Shown piece after piece: positions 47,346 to 55,438 of a stretch of DNA of 62,532 nt (positions are counted from its first letter, which is position 1; every line of letters begins with the position of its first letter). Origin of the DNA: a virus (lineage: Duplodnaviria > Caudoviricetes). The DNA is taken from the IMG/VR virus record IMGVR_UViG_3300048574_000038, positions 1-62,532 of that record. One strand, given 5' to 3'. The notes beneath the pieces are model-generated. The model had not been told where the DNA came from and did not search any database. It saw only the letters and a program-made list of their open reading frames with translations. The position numbers were made by a program, and so were the translations under genes.

Positions 47346-47972
47346 TTAAGCAACCAGACCTTGCTCATTGTATTTACCTACACGATTGAGAAGCCATCCA
47401 CGGACATACTTACGGTAATCCGAACGACCAGAATTAGAGTTGCCAAGATTAATATACCAACTAACCTGCAACCCATCCATAGCCTTTCGGAGAACTTCTG
47501 TGTACTTGGGATTGTTACCAACATCTGCAAGACGTTGACGTGTAGCCGGGCCAACAGCCCCATCTACAACGAGATCACTACCGAACTGGTAGTTGTAATT
47601 GAGAGCATTGAGAGCCTGCTGCATAAGCTGTGTAGTTTTACCTACGCCAAGATTAACAGACTGGTCGAATATCTCATAAGCAAGACTGTAATCATTAATA
47701 GAGTCAAGTCCAAACTTGTCCCAAAAATTATATTTGTACCAAGATTCTCGAAGCTCGGCAATACGCTGATCTCCAGAGAGTGCATTAATGAATGCTGTGG
47801 AACCAGCACCGAACTGTGACTTGTAGCTATCAACAATAGCCCAACCAGCCCAGTTAGGGAAATTATTACGAGAGATACCAAAGACTGTTTCGCCACCAGT
47901 ATCATTCGCATCATTATCGTAGACACCTTCGATGCCTACAACTTGAGCATAACTAATCTTAAAATTTGACAT
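47346..47972 (-). CDS. Endolysin, glycoside hydrolase family 108 with peptidoglycan-binding domain
   Basis: EGVY.ND.ND.GGET.FGIS, FD.SVNLG, LQ.ALN, VDG.VGP.T, GWL.NR. Confidence 0.9.
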   Translation of the reverse strand: MSNFKISYAQVVGIEGVYDNDANDTGGETVFGISRNNFPNWAGWAIVDSYKSQFGAGSTAFINALSGDQRIAELRESWYKYNFWDKFGLDSINDYSLAYEIFDQSVNLGVGKTTQLMQQALNALNYNYQFGSDLVVDGAVGPATRQRLADVGNNPKYTEVLRKAMDGLQVSWYINLGNSNSGRSDYRKYVRGWLLNRVGKYNEQGLVA

Positions 47973-47993
47973 ACCTTACCTCAGATAAAAATA

Positions 47994-48618
47994 ACACTAG
48001 CTAGAGAACAATCTGTAGCAGCAAGCCATTTCAGGCTTTCCATTACATAATCACTCCCTAGCTAGTGTCTAGACCCAAGGTGCACCCGATGTGCAATGTT
48101 ACCACCTACGTGGCTGCAACCAGTTGGTAGAGACTGGCTGGAAATTTAACACGGTACCGTTTGCGATCGTACTCGTTGGTATGCCTGTACTATTACTAAC
48201 AACGATTTAGCTAACAACAGTACTTAGTTGTTGGTATGCTTCCCAACAACACTCGGATAGTGTTATCGACGAGACACATTATTAAGGTTGTGTAACCCAA
48301 ACACAGCAGTGCGTCCCTTGCGTGGAGGGACATACACCTACACATGTACGATATGATAATCGGTTAGCTGTTGATCACCGAGGTACAAGAGCTAGCGAAC
48401 TCTCTTTTAGCAGCCGTGTACCAGTAGGCTGGTGGATCTTACGCTATATCTATGATGTATCCACTACCATCACAGTTTGAACATTGGTGCGGGGCTTCGT
48501 TACTTCCCCTATCTTCTCCGAAGAATTTCTGGAATAGCACCATCGTCCGGCTGATACATTCAAACGAAGTCCAACCCTCACAGCTTTGGTTGGTTGCACT
48601 GTAGCCTATTATCTAGGC
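47994..48618 (-). ncRNA. Candidate large structured RNA F (about 625 nt)
   Basis: No ORF of 60 aa or more within it; more than a dozen stems, e.g. ACACTAGCTAG/CTAGCTAGTGT extended by several G-U pairs on the - strand, GTTTGAA/TTCAAAC enclosing TGGTGC/GCACCA. Confidence 0.72.
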
Positions 48619-48620
48619 AG

Positions 48621-48851
48621 CTAAAACGAGAGTTGGAAGTTCTCTCGTATAAATTTGTAGGCATCCTCACCGTCCAACTCATACAACTTGGCAACGATGT
48701 CTTCCAAACTTACCATCTTTTCCAGATGAGAAGCGTTGTAGAACGCCTGTCCTACGCGTTGCCCCTCATACTTACCGTTAGCAACGTCTTGCTTAAACTG
48801 TATGTACGAAGGGCCATGCAACAGAGGTCTTTGTTCATTTTGTATAAACAC
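48621..48851 (-). CDS. Hypothetical protein
   Basis: QRVGQAFYN motif; abuts the upstream gene. Confidence 0.6.
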   Translation of the reverse strand: MFIQNEQRPLLHGPSYIQFKQDVANGKYEGQRVGQAFYNASHLEKMVSLEDIVAKLYELDGEDAYKFIRENFQLSF

Positions 48852-49268
48852 TTATGCAGCCTCTGCAAAGTCCACACCACCAGTAGTGAACGCCTGCTTG
48901 ATAGCGGCGGCCAACGTAGTGATGGTCTGGTGAGGCAGCTTGAGATCGCAGATAGAGTTGATGGCTTCAATCGTCTCGTGAACGAAGGAAGTCTCGCACA
49001 CATCTTTGTAATTCTCGTCGTGCCAGTTAGTAATCGCGTTCTCACGAACGGAGAACTTGCCAAGAACATAGGAGTTCTTTACAGGAATGGTGTTTTCACA
49101 ACCACAAGCCGGGCAAGCCTTGTCTTCACTGCCGAAAGGCACGGGAAACTCAAGGTGAGCACCGTTAAACATGCACACAGGGCATGTATGCTTCTGGTAG
49201 ATAGGCTTGTCAACAATGGACACGCCCACTTCCTGACCAAGGATTTTCATAGATTTGGGGTACTTCAT
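48852..49268 (-). CDS. Zincin-like protein with Zn-ribbon insert
   Basis: GGAGG SD; P.S.KILG, CPVC/CPAC, SFVHETIEAI. Confidence 0.7.
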   Translation of the reverse strand: MKYPKSMKILGQEVGVSIVDKPIYQKHTCPVCMFNGAHLEFPVPFGSEDKACPACGCENTIPVKNSYVLGKFSVRENAITNWHDENYKDVCETSFVHETIEAINSICDLKLPHQTITTLAAAIKQAFTTGGVDFAEAA

Positions 49269-49331
49269 AGCGCACCTCCGAAGTTAAAGATGGAGGTTGG
49301 CAATATCGCCTTACAGCACCTCGGATACCTA

Positions 49332-50282
49332 CTATTCTTCGGTCTCCGTCTCCTCTGTTTTTGGAGAGTTTTTAGCAAGCCAGTCTTTGTACTGGTTGCA
49401 AAAATTATTTACACGACAGTACTTTTCACACCGTCTGCGAGTACCAGCACGTTCTTGAATACGAACATCACCGGCAAGATTCTTAAATTTGATGTACTCT
49501 TCCGCTTCTCGTTGTGACTTACAAAGCTTCATAGCTTTAGTAGCATTAGGACGATACACAGCGTATACTGCTGGACTTTCCCAACAATACTCTCTGTCGC
49601 AGAAAGGAAGAAGATCATCTGGAATATTCTCTGCATCAACATGATTCTTCAGCAGACGAAGATACAAACCTTCACGATCCTGCATAGACCACGCTTTACA
49701 AGAAAAGGATGCACAAGGAGCTTCTGGATAATCACCCGGTTGAGCGTACTGCAAACGACTATCACGCCAGTCACAATAGATGGCATTGATCGTGCACACG
49801 TCAACGGGATAACCCTCTTTCTCAAGGAAGTAGGCATTAATCATCAACTGATGTACCCACTCGTCTTTCATTTCCTTGCCGTGCATAAAAGTTGTAATTG
49901 TTTTATGGTCGTAAAGAGTCTTAGATTCTTTATCATAAGCATCAAACTTTGCACCAACTCTACGGTAGTCTTTTTCAGTACCACCTATGGGCTTGTCAAA
50001 GCGAATAAGACGACGTTCAACAAGGTACTTATCATTGTTGTTGAGCTTCTTTTCCATGTAATCATGGACAGCATTGCCAAAGAAACTGTACCAATTGTCA
50101 AAGAAGCCACTCTGCTCGATTTCGTCTTTATGCCTACGTTCAAGTTGAACTTGTCGAGGAGACTTGCACAGTACTGTAGCGCTGTACTCAAAAGGACGAG
50201 CAAGAGTCATATCGTCACGCTTAGCGTCAATCTCGATAACGTCTCGCATAATCTGCGGAACTATATTAATATTCGGAGTCAT
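49332..50282 (-). CDS. PD-(D/E)XK nuclease, Cas4-like exonuclease
   Basis: SAT.L.KSPR, GNAVH, E.R, G.KFD, YDHK, Q...Y, C-terminal RC..YC....FC. Confidence 0.8.
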   Translation of the reverse strand: MTPNINIVPQIMRDVIEIDAKRDDMTLARPFEYSATVLCKSPRQVQLERRHKDEIEQSGFFDNWYSFFGNAVHDYMEKKLNNNDKYLVERRLIRFDKPIGGTEKDYRRVGAKFDAYDKESKTLYDHKTITTFMHGKEMKDEWVHQLMINAYFLEKEGYPVDVCTINAIYCDWRDSRLQYAQPGDYPEAPCASFSCKAWSMQDREGLYLRLLKNHVDAENIPDDLLPFCDREYCWESPAVYAVYRPNATKAMKLCKSQREAEEYIKFKNLAGDVRIQERAGTRRRCEKYCRVNNFCNQYKDWLAKNSPKTEETETEE

Positions 50283-50285
50283 TAC

Positions 50286-50945
50286 CTAATACTCAATGTC
50301 GTCAAAAATTACAGGAATACTGGCTTTAAGATCATCCAGAAGCGGACACATAAGTTCACGCATCTGCGGGTGAGCAGCTTTAGAAGTACGAAGCTTAAGG
50401 ATGTGTCGCCACTCTCGAAGATTAGCAGTCATTACAACTTCTGTTTTCAAACAAGTAGGAAGCACACAACGTGCAACTTGTGGAGAGCATCCATGAAGAA
50501 GCAACTGTTTATAACAAAGTTCAGCAGCGTTGACTGCGTTATACCAATGTTGCTTTTTTGTGTATACCTGTTCCTTCTCTGCAAAAGAAACGTCTTCGTA
50601 CTTAACAAACGGTGGCAGAAAACTAGGTTGGATAACCGTAATATTATCTTCATCTGTGCTACCGTAGTTGCAATACCGTGTACTCTCTTGCGAAAAAGAG
50701 GCAAGTCTGTGTCGTACAAGTTCGTGACTCACACCACGATCGCAGATGAATCGTACTGTAAGCATGCTGTGCTCCAGTACAGACTCGTGCCCACGACGAA
50801 CAATCTGCTCAAGAAAGTCTACAAAAGATGTATCTGTAGTTCTCTCTTCGGACTTGTAACAAACACGTCCGGCAGCCTCGATAAGTTTCATATCTTCCTT
50901 AGAAGGAAGCTTTTCAATTTTATAACTAGCGTCTATAGTATTCAT
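50286..50945 (-). CDS. thyX: FAD-dependent thymidylate synthase
   Basis: GHESVLEH, SHELVRHR..SFSQESTRY, NLREWRH...LR....AHPQMR. Confidence 0.95.
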   Translation of the reverse strand: MNTIDASYKIEKLPSKEDMKLIEAAGRVCYKSEERTTDTSFVDFLEQIVRRGHESVLEHSMLTVRFICDRGVSHELVRHRLASFSQESTRYCNYGSTDEDNITVIQPSFLPPFVKYEDVSFAEKEQVYTKKQHWYNAVNAAELCYKQLLLHGCSPQVARCVLPTCLKTEVVMTANLREWRHILKLRTSKAAHPQMRELMCPLLDDLKASIPVIFDDIEY

Positions 50946-51032
50946 ACTACCTCAATAAAAATACGGATAATGCTATGCCAAAAGGTAATGCACTATCCGT
51001 ACTAGTCAAGGTACTATAAATACCGAAATGTG

Positions 51033-51109
51033 TGGCAGCAGCGCTAGGATTCGAACCTAGGAATAACCGAGTCAAAGTCGGTTGTGTTAAACCACTTCAC
51101 CACGCTGCT
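51033..51109 (-). tRNA. tRNA-Gln(UUG)
   Basis: Acceptor AGCAGCG/CGCTGCT, anticodon arm ACCGA-CTTTGAC-TCGGT, T arm CTAGG-TTCGAAT-CCTAG, encoded CCA. Confidence 0.92.
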
Positions 51110-51111
51110 AC

Positions 51112-51510
51112 ATCTGGTAGGATAACCTGTTGTGGACTTTTGCTGGATCACACTCCTTCCAGTTATCCTACCAGTTCACCAAGCACAACGCTTGGATAAA
51201 TTCCTCCACCTAACTAGCGCCCTCACGTTACTAGTTACTAGTCAGATGGAGGCACGGCCCTTACAAGGAGGGAGAGTAAGGAGGCTTGCCGTGTAATTTG
51301 TTGGCTACCCAGACCGCCGAGACAGGGTAGCCATTCGTCCATGCGAGGGAGTAGGCACACGACGAAAATTTGTGGCACTAGCAACATGCTACGAGGCTAT
51401 CCTCCTTGTCGATTATACATGTCACTGTGCCAGTAGTTCAGTTTTAACAGCCAGTTATTATCAAACGCCGTACTGCGGTGTCCGGAACATACCGAACTAA
51501 CTGAACAATA
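51112..51510 (-). ncRNA. Candidate structured RNA G (about 400 nt) filling the tRNA-Thr/tRNA-Gln spacer
   Basis: Eight back-to-back hairpins; + strand A-C mismatches become G-U pairs on the - strand (51203-51252, 51373-51432); complementary loops. Confidence 0.8.
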
Positions 51511-51513
51511 AAA

Positions 51514-51589
51514 TGGAGCTAGCGAAGGGACTTGAACCCATAACCCCCTGATTACAAATCAGGCGCTCTGCCAATTGAGCTACGCTAGC
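51514..51589 (-). tRNA. tRNA-Thr(UGU)
   Basis: GCTAGCG/CGCTAGC acceptor, CCTGA-TTTGTAA-TCAGG anticodon arm, GTTCAAGTC T loop, CCA. Confidence 0.93.
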
Positions 51590-51599
51590 AAAAGAAATT

Positions 51600-51684
51600 T
51601 GGTGCGAGAGGTGGGATTTGAACCCACACGCCTTTCAGCAGCGGGGTTTAAAGCCGCCCTGTCTACCGTTCCATACACTCTCGC
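51600..51684 (-). tRNA. tRNA-Leu(UAA)
   Basis: GCGAGAG/CTCTCGC acceptor, loop TTTAAAC, long variable arm, GTGGG-TTCAAAT-CCCAC, A discriminator, CCA; C-C mismatch in the anticodon stem. Confidence 0.85.
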
Positions 51685-52554
51685 TTAATCTTTATCGTAT
51701 CTGGCACGTACAAATCTCGGGTGTCGTAGTGCTTTGCCTGTTTTGCCTTTAAAGGCTACTTCGATAATCTTCGGTAGATCCTCGCGGTGTTCCCACCAAT
51801 GACGAAGCTGTTCATGTGTGGCTTTACCCGGCGCTACAATACATGTATCGCACAAGAACTTACCTACGCAACCAGTAAGCTTTCCTTTACCTTCAACTAC
51901 ACCCGTAACAAGCAAATCTTCTGTGTGATGGATAAGACCCTTAACCCAAAGTTTGCAAGACTTCTTACCCTGCTCATACAAGGAGTCACGCTTTTTAAAT
52001 ACGACACCTTCCCATTTACTGTGGGCAATCACATTCTTTACAAAGCTACGTATCTTATCAGGTGTATGTTTTGCCTCCATAGCAAAAGCAACAACACAAT
52101 ATACGGGTTCTGTTGAAAGAATCTCTGCGTCCGCCATAGCCATCCATAATGTATCCTTGCGCACATTATAAGGCATGTTATTGACAACGATGTCAAAAAT
52201 TTGATAAGTTAGCTTTGTTGTGTCTACGTTTACTTCGCGAAACAGTTGTTCCGAGGCATCTTTAAATTCTGTTCCACAAACTTCCCCATCAAAAACTACA
52301 GGAAACGGTATATGCTTTTGGATTCTTTTACAGACCTCTTTAAGGAAGTCGAAATTTTTGTATACTGTGCCGGTGCGAGAATAACACTCGTCTGTGTTAG
52401 GATCATACAAGCAGCGAACGCCGTCGAATTTACGCTCATATACCCATTCTTCCGGACGAAAATCTGGAGAATCTAAAAGTTTGTCTAAATCAGGATGTGG
52501 CTGGAGCGTTTTAACAGGTTTCGTTGCTTTATCTTTAATTTTACTCACATCCAT
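51685..52554 (-). CDS. ATP-dependent DNA ligase
   Basis: E.KFDGVR, FDGE, IFDI, EGVVFK, W.K, LRHPRF..R.DK. Confidence 0.92.
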   Translation of the reverse strand: MDVSKIKDKATKPVKTLQPHPDLDKLLDSPDFRPEEWVYERKFDGVRCLYDPNTDECYSRTGTVYKNFDFLKEVCKRIQKHIPFPVVFDGEVCGTEFKDASEQLFREVNVDTTKLTYQIFDIVVNNMPYNVRKDTLWMAMADAEILSTEPVYCVVAFAMEAKHTPDKIRSFVKNVIAHSKWEGVVFKKRDSLYEQGKKSCKLWVKGLIHHTEDLLVTGVVEGKGKLTGCVGKFLCDTCIVAPGKATHEQLRHWWEHREDLPKIIEVAFKGKTGKALRHPRFVRARYDKD

Positions 52555-52566
52555 ATCCTTCTTTAA

Positions 52567-52614
52567 TTAGGGTGACATCCATGAACAACAAGGAAATCAC
52601 GGATGCCACCCTAA
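52567..52614 (-). other. Long G-U-containing hairpin (RNase III site-like) before the ligase RBS
   Basis: - strand TTAGGGTGGCATCCGTGA...TCATGGATGTCACCCTAA. Confidence 0.6.
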
Positions 52615-52636
52615 ATGTAGGTACTACTATGTCAAA

Positions 52637-53047
52637 CTACTCTGCCCAAGAGGGAATGTTATTTTCCGAATCTTCGGCAGGTTTCTGTGCGGAACGCAGG
52701 AGGTCAGCCTGTTCGTCGGTAAGAGGCTCATAAGAAGGATTTTCTTGAGACCGATTCTCAATCTTAGTCCAACGCCAAAACTTACCATCACGTTCCGATT
52801 GGATAGACAGTGTATCACCGGGTTTAACAGCCTTCTGCAAGAACTGCAAGAGCGATTGGCCACGACGCACCACACCCTTCTCAACAACGGTAATAGACTG
52901 ATTATCAAAAATTGTTTTCGTATACGGCTCGTCAGGAGTTTCTTGAAAACCCTTCTTCGTGCCGTGAATAACCCAACCGTCAAACTTTTTACCCTGACGG
53001 CTTACCATGTCTTTCTTTTCTTCGATACCTTCAAATACGAGCCACAT
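52637..53047 (-). CDS. Putative single-stranded DNA-binding protein
   Basis: Next to the polymerase, aromatic/basic beta-rich core, acidic tail ending IPSWAE. Confidence 0.55.
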   Translation of the reverse strand: MWLVFEGIEEKKDMVSRQGKKFDGWVIHGTKKGFQETPDEPYTKTIFDNQSITVVEKGVVRRGQSLLQFLQKAVKPGDTLSIQSERDGKFWRWTKIENRSQENPSYEPLTDEQADLLRSAQKPAEDSENNIPSWAE

Positions 53048-53074
53048 ATTATTTACCTTCTGTATATTTCTTGG

Positions 53075-55138
53075 CTAAAGCCAATCTTTATATAAGCCCT
53101 TGAGCTTATCTGTCAACATGTCAAACATAACAAAGCTATTAATTGTACCATAAGTAACTTCGCTAGCTTTAAATTCTGTCTTAAGATCACCGTAGGTTTT
53201 ACCTATAGCTACTTCACATGTAATAGGAATACCCATATCGTAATCAAAATACTTTTTAACTAGCTGCGGAATACTTTCAAAAGCTTTTGTGCAAATGCTT
53301 GATACAAGCCACACTTCTTCTGGTGGACAATCAAAGACCAAAGAGTCATGCACTTGCAGGATAACCTGTGATTTCAAATTAAGTGCAGTAATAGTCTTGT
53401 AGATTTCGTACATAGCCACAAGCATACAGTCCGTAGAGAATGACTGCACAGGGTAATTACAGACCTGTTGTGGACTGTAACCCAATGGGCCATCATCTGG
53501 ATTGGTGTTGTTCTTAAACGTAAGAACTCTACCACTTGGACTACGCAAATACTTCTGCTTGTCAAGCAATCTTTTATTAGCAAGCTGCCATGCACGAAGA
53601 CCCTTATACTTTTTATAAAAGTCCTGCACGATTTCTTCGTACTTATGCAATGGAAAGTCAGGCATGTTGCCATCGTAAAAGAAAGCTTTCGCAGTACCAC
53701 CGTAAATCATACGGAAGTTAAATGTCTTTGACGCCTGCCGCATAGCTTTAAATTCTTTACTATGTGGATCTAGGTTATCCCCACCAAAAGAACGTTTAGC
53801 TCTATCTGTATGTACGTCAAAGTTGTGCCAGAGTTCCTCACACATGATGGGATCTCTGCTCAAACAACCAGCATTACGCCACTCGATCTGTGACAAGTCG
53901 GCATTGACGATATAGCCAAGTTGACTCTTGATAAGTTTTTTAATCGGGGAAGTACCAGATCTAGGAAAGTTCTGGCCATTTGGGTTTGAAGAAGACAAAC
54001 GACCTGTACGAGTGACTGTTTGATTAAATCTAGGGTGCAAGCGACTACGCTTATCTACCTTGCTAACCAAACCTTTATCATTCGTTTCATCATCATCTGC
54101 TTCATCGCTGCCAATGAGTGTAGACACAACTTTCTGCGTAACAGATACATCATTCAGGAGTTTTATGAAATCTTTCTGTTTAGGTGTAGAAGCTTTAAGC
54201 AAAGCTCGAGCTTTCTTCCCGGTAGAGTACCTACCAGTCTTCTTGCTAAAACTCTGCTCACTAGGTTCAAAACCTAAACCATCATACGGGTACTCCATCA
54301 CAGCTTTGCGTGTATACACGCGAAAGGTGCCATCTTTGCGTTGCTTAGCAACCAACTCCTGCACTTCTTTCTTTAGTGTGCCACCATACATAACAGTTTC
54401 CATCTGCACACTTGACTTGTGTGAAAACGGAACGCCTGCCAGTACTTGCATATCTTTACGCAACACGGCAACTTTCTCTTTGTACTCTGCTCCGTACTTC
54501 TTTGCCTCTTTGGCATCAAAATACAAACCATTATACTCCATGCGCGCCAGCATCTTAGTCAACTGCATTGCAAAATACGCAATCTTGTCAACTCCAGCTT
54601 TCTTAAGCTCGTTGTACTGACGCAAGAATAGTTGCTTTGTAAGATGAACGTCTTGCCGCACATACTTATCGTGCACGTCAAATGGAATTTCATCGGTCTC
54701 AAAACCGTTATCCCAAAAGTCAGCCATGTCTCCGACTTTCTGTCCCAACTTCCTACGCCTTGCACAAGCATTCATGTTGAGAGCAACGTCAGGATTCTGA
54801 CCGTAAAGCATGTAGTCACCGAGCATAGTACACCACACTTCTTTGTGGTCAAACTCAATGCCCATGTGAATGAGCCAAGCTAAATCGTATTTAGCATTAT
54901 GGAAAATAAGCAGATCTGCGGCATCAATGCGCGCTTGCATTTCGGCAAGCATCTTCTTGTGCGGACGAATTGGTTCGGATACATGATTGAACAACCAGAC
55001 TGTGCTGGTGTCCTGCATGTGTGTATCTGGCATGTCTATTTCGCCGGACTCCATACACCAAGAGCAGATGTATGCTTTACTATCCCACGGCTCACTGTGA
55101 GGCAGTTTTGTTGCCTCGGAGTCTAAGACTTCAAACAT
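53075..55138 (-). CDS. DNA polymerase family A with 3'-5' exonuclease
   Basis: Exonuclease DSE, HNAKYD, YVRQD; TGRLSSSNPN, ADLSQIE, RQASK.FNF..IYG, NYPVQS, QVHDS. Confidence 0.95.
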   Translation of the reverse strand: MFEVLDSEATKLPHSEPWDSKAYICSWCMESGEIDMPDTHMQDTSTVWLFNHVSEPIRPHKKMLAEMQARIDAADLLIFHNAKYDLAWLIHMGIEFDHKEVWCTMLGDYMLYGQNPDVALNMNACARRRKLGQKVGDMADFWDNGFETDEIPFDVHDKYVRQDVHLTKQLFLRQYNELKKAGVDKIAYFAMQLTKMLARMEYNGLYFDAKEAKKYGAEYKEKVAVLRKDMQVLAGVPFSHKSSVQMETVMYGGTLKKEVQELVAKQRKDGTFRVYTRKAVMEYPYDGLGFEPSEQSFSKKTGRYSTGKKARALLKASTPKQKDFIKLLNDVSVTQKVVSTLIGSDEADDDETNDKGLVSKVDKRSRLHPRFNQTVTRTGRLSSSNPNGQNFPRSGTSPIKKLIKSQLGYIVNADLSQIEWRNAGCLSRDPIMCEELWHNFDVHTDRAKRSFGGDNLDPHSKEFKAMRQASKTFNFRMIYGGTAKAFFYDGNMPDFPLHKYEEIVQDFYKKYKGLRAWQLANKRLLDKQKYLRSPSGRVLTFKNNTNPDDGPLGYSPQQVCNYPVQSFSTDCMLVAMYEIYKTITALNLKSQVILQVHDSLVFDCPPEEVWLVSSICTKAFESIPQLVKKYFDYDMGIPITCEVAIGKTYGDLKTEFKASEVTYGTINSFVMFDMLTDKLKGLYKDWL

Positions 55139-55171
55139 AGTATCCTCAAAAATATACAGGGAAACGTACGG

Positions 55172-55438
55172 TTAAAGATTCATTTGCTTTTTAAGCTTTG
55201 CTATCTGCGCATCAACACTTGCAAGCGCTTTTTCATCTTGCCTGATACGGTTAGATAAGACTTCTCGCTTCTTAAGCAAGGCATCGTACTGTTGTTTATG
55301 TGCCCGAGTTGACTGTACTCCTCTTTGCTGTGCAGCCAACTTGGCACCGGGTACTCGTGCGAACACGATATCCGCGATGGTGTTAAGCAGCCATGTAAGC
55401 CAGTCTGTCCGGGGCTGTGTCGCTTGGGATGTTTCCAT
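55172..55438 (-). CDS. Small coiled-coil protein
   Basis: GGAG SD; C-terminal heptads; overlaps the helicase 3' end. Confidence 0.55.
   Translation of the reverse strand: METSQATQPRTDWLTWLLNTIADIVFARVPGAKLAAQQRGVQSTRAHKQQYDALLKKREVLSNRIRQDEKALASVDAQIAKLKKQMNL

Noticed and set aside
49332-50282. Cas4-like gene as part of a CRISPR system; hairpin arrays as CRISPR repeats
   Set aside because: No repeated direct-repeat/spacer units and no other cas genes; the hairpin stems differ in sequence
51640-51660. Reading the tRNA-Leu loop as a UUA ochre suppressor
   Set aside because: That register gives a poorer anticodon stem; alignment to canonical tRNA-Leu(UAA) fits better
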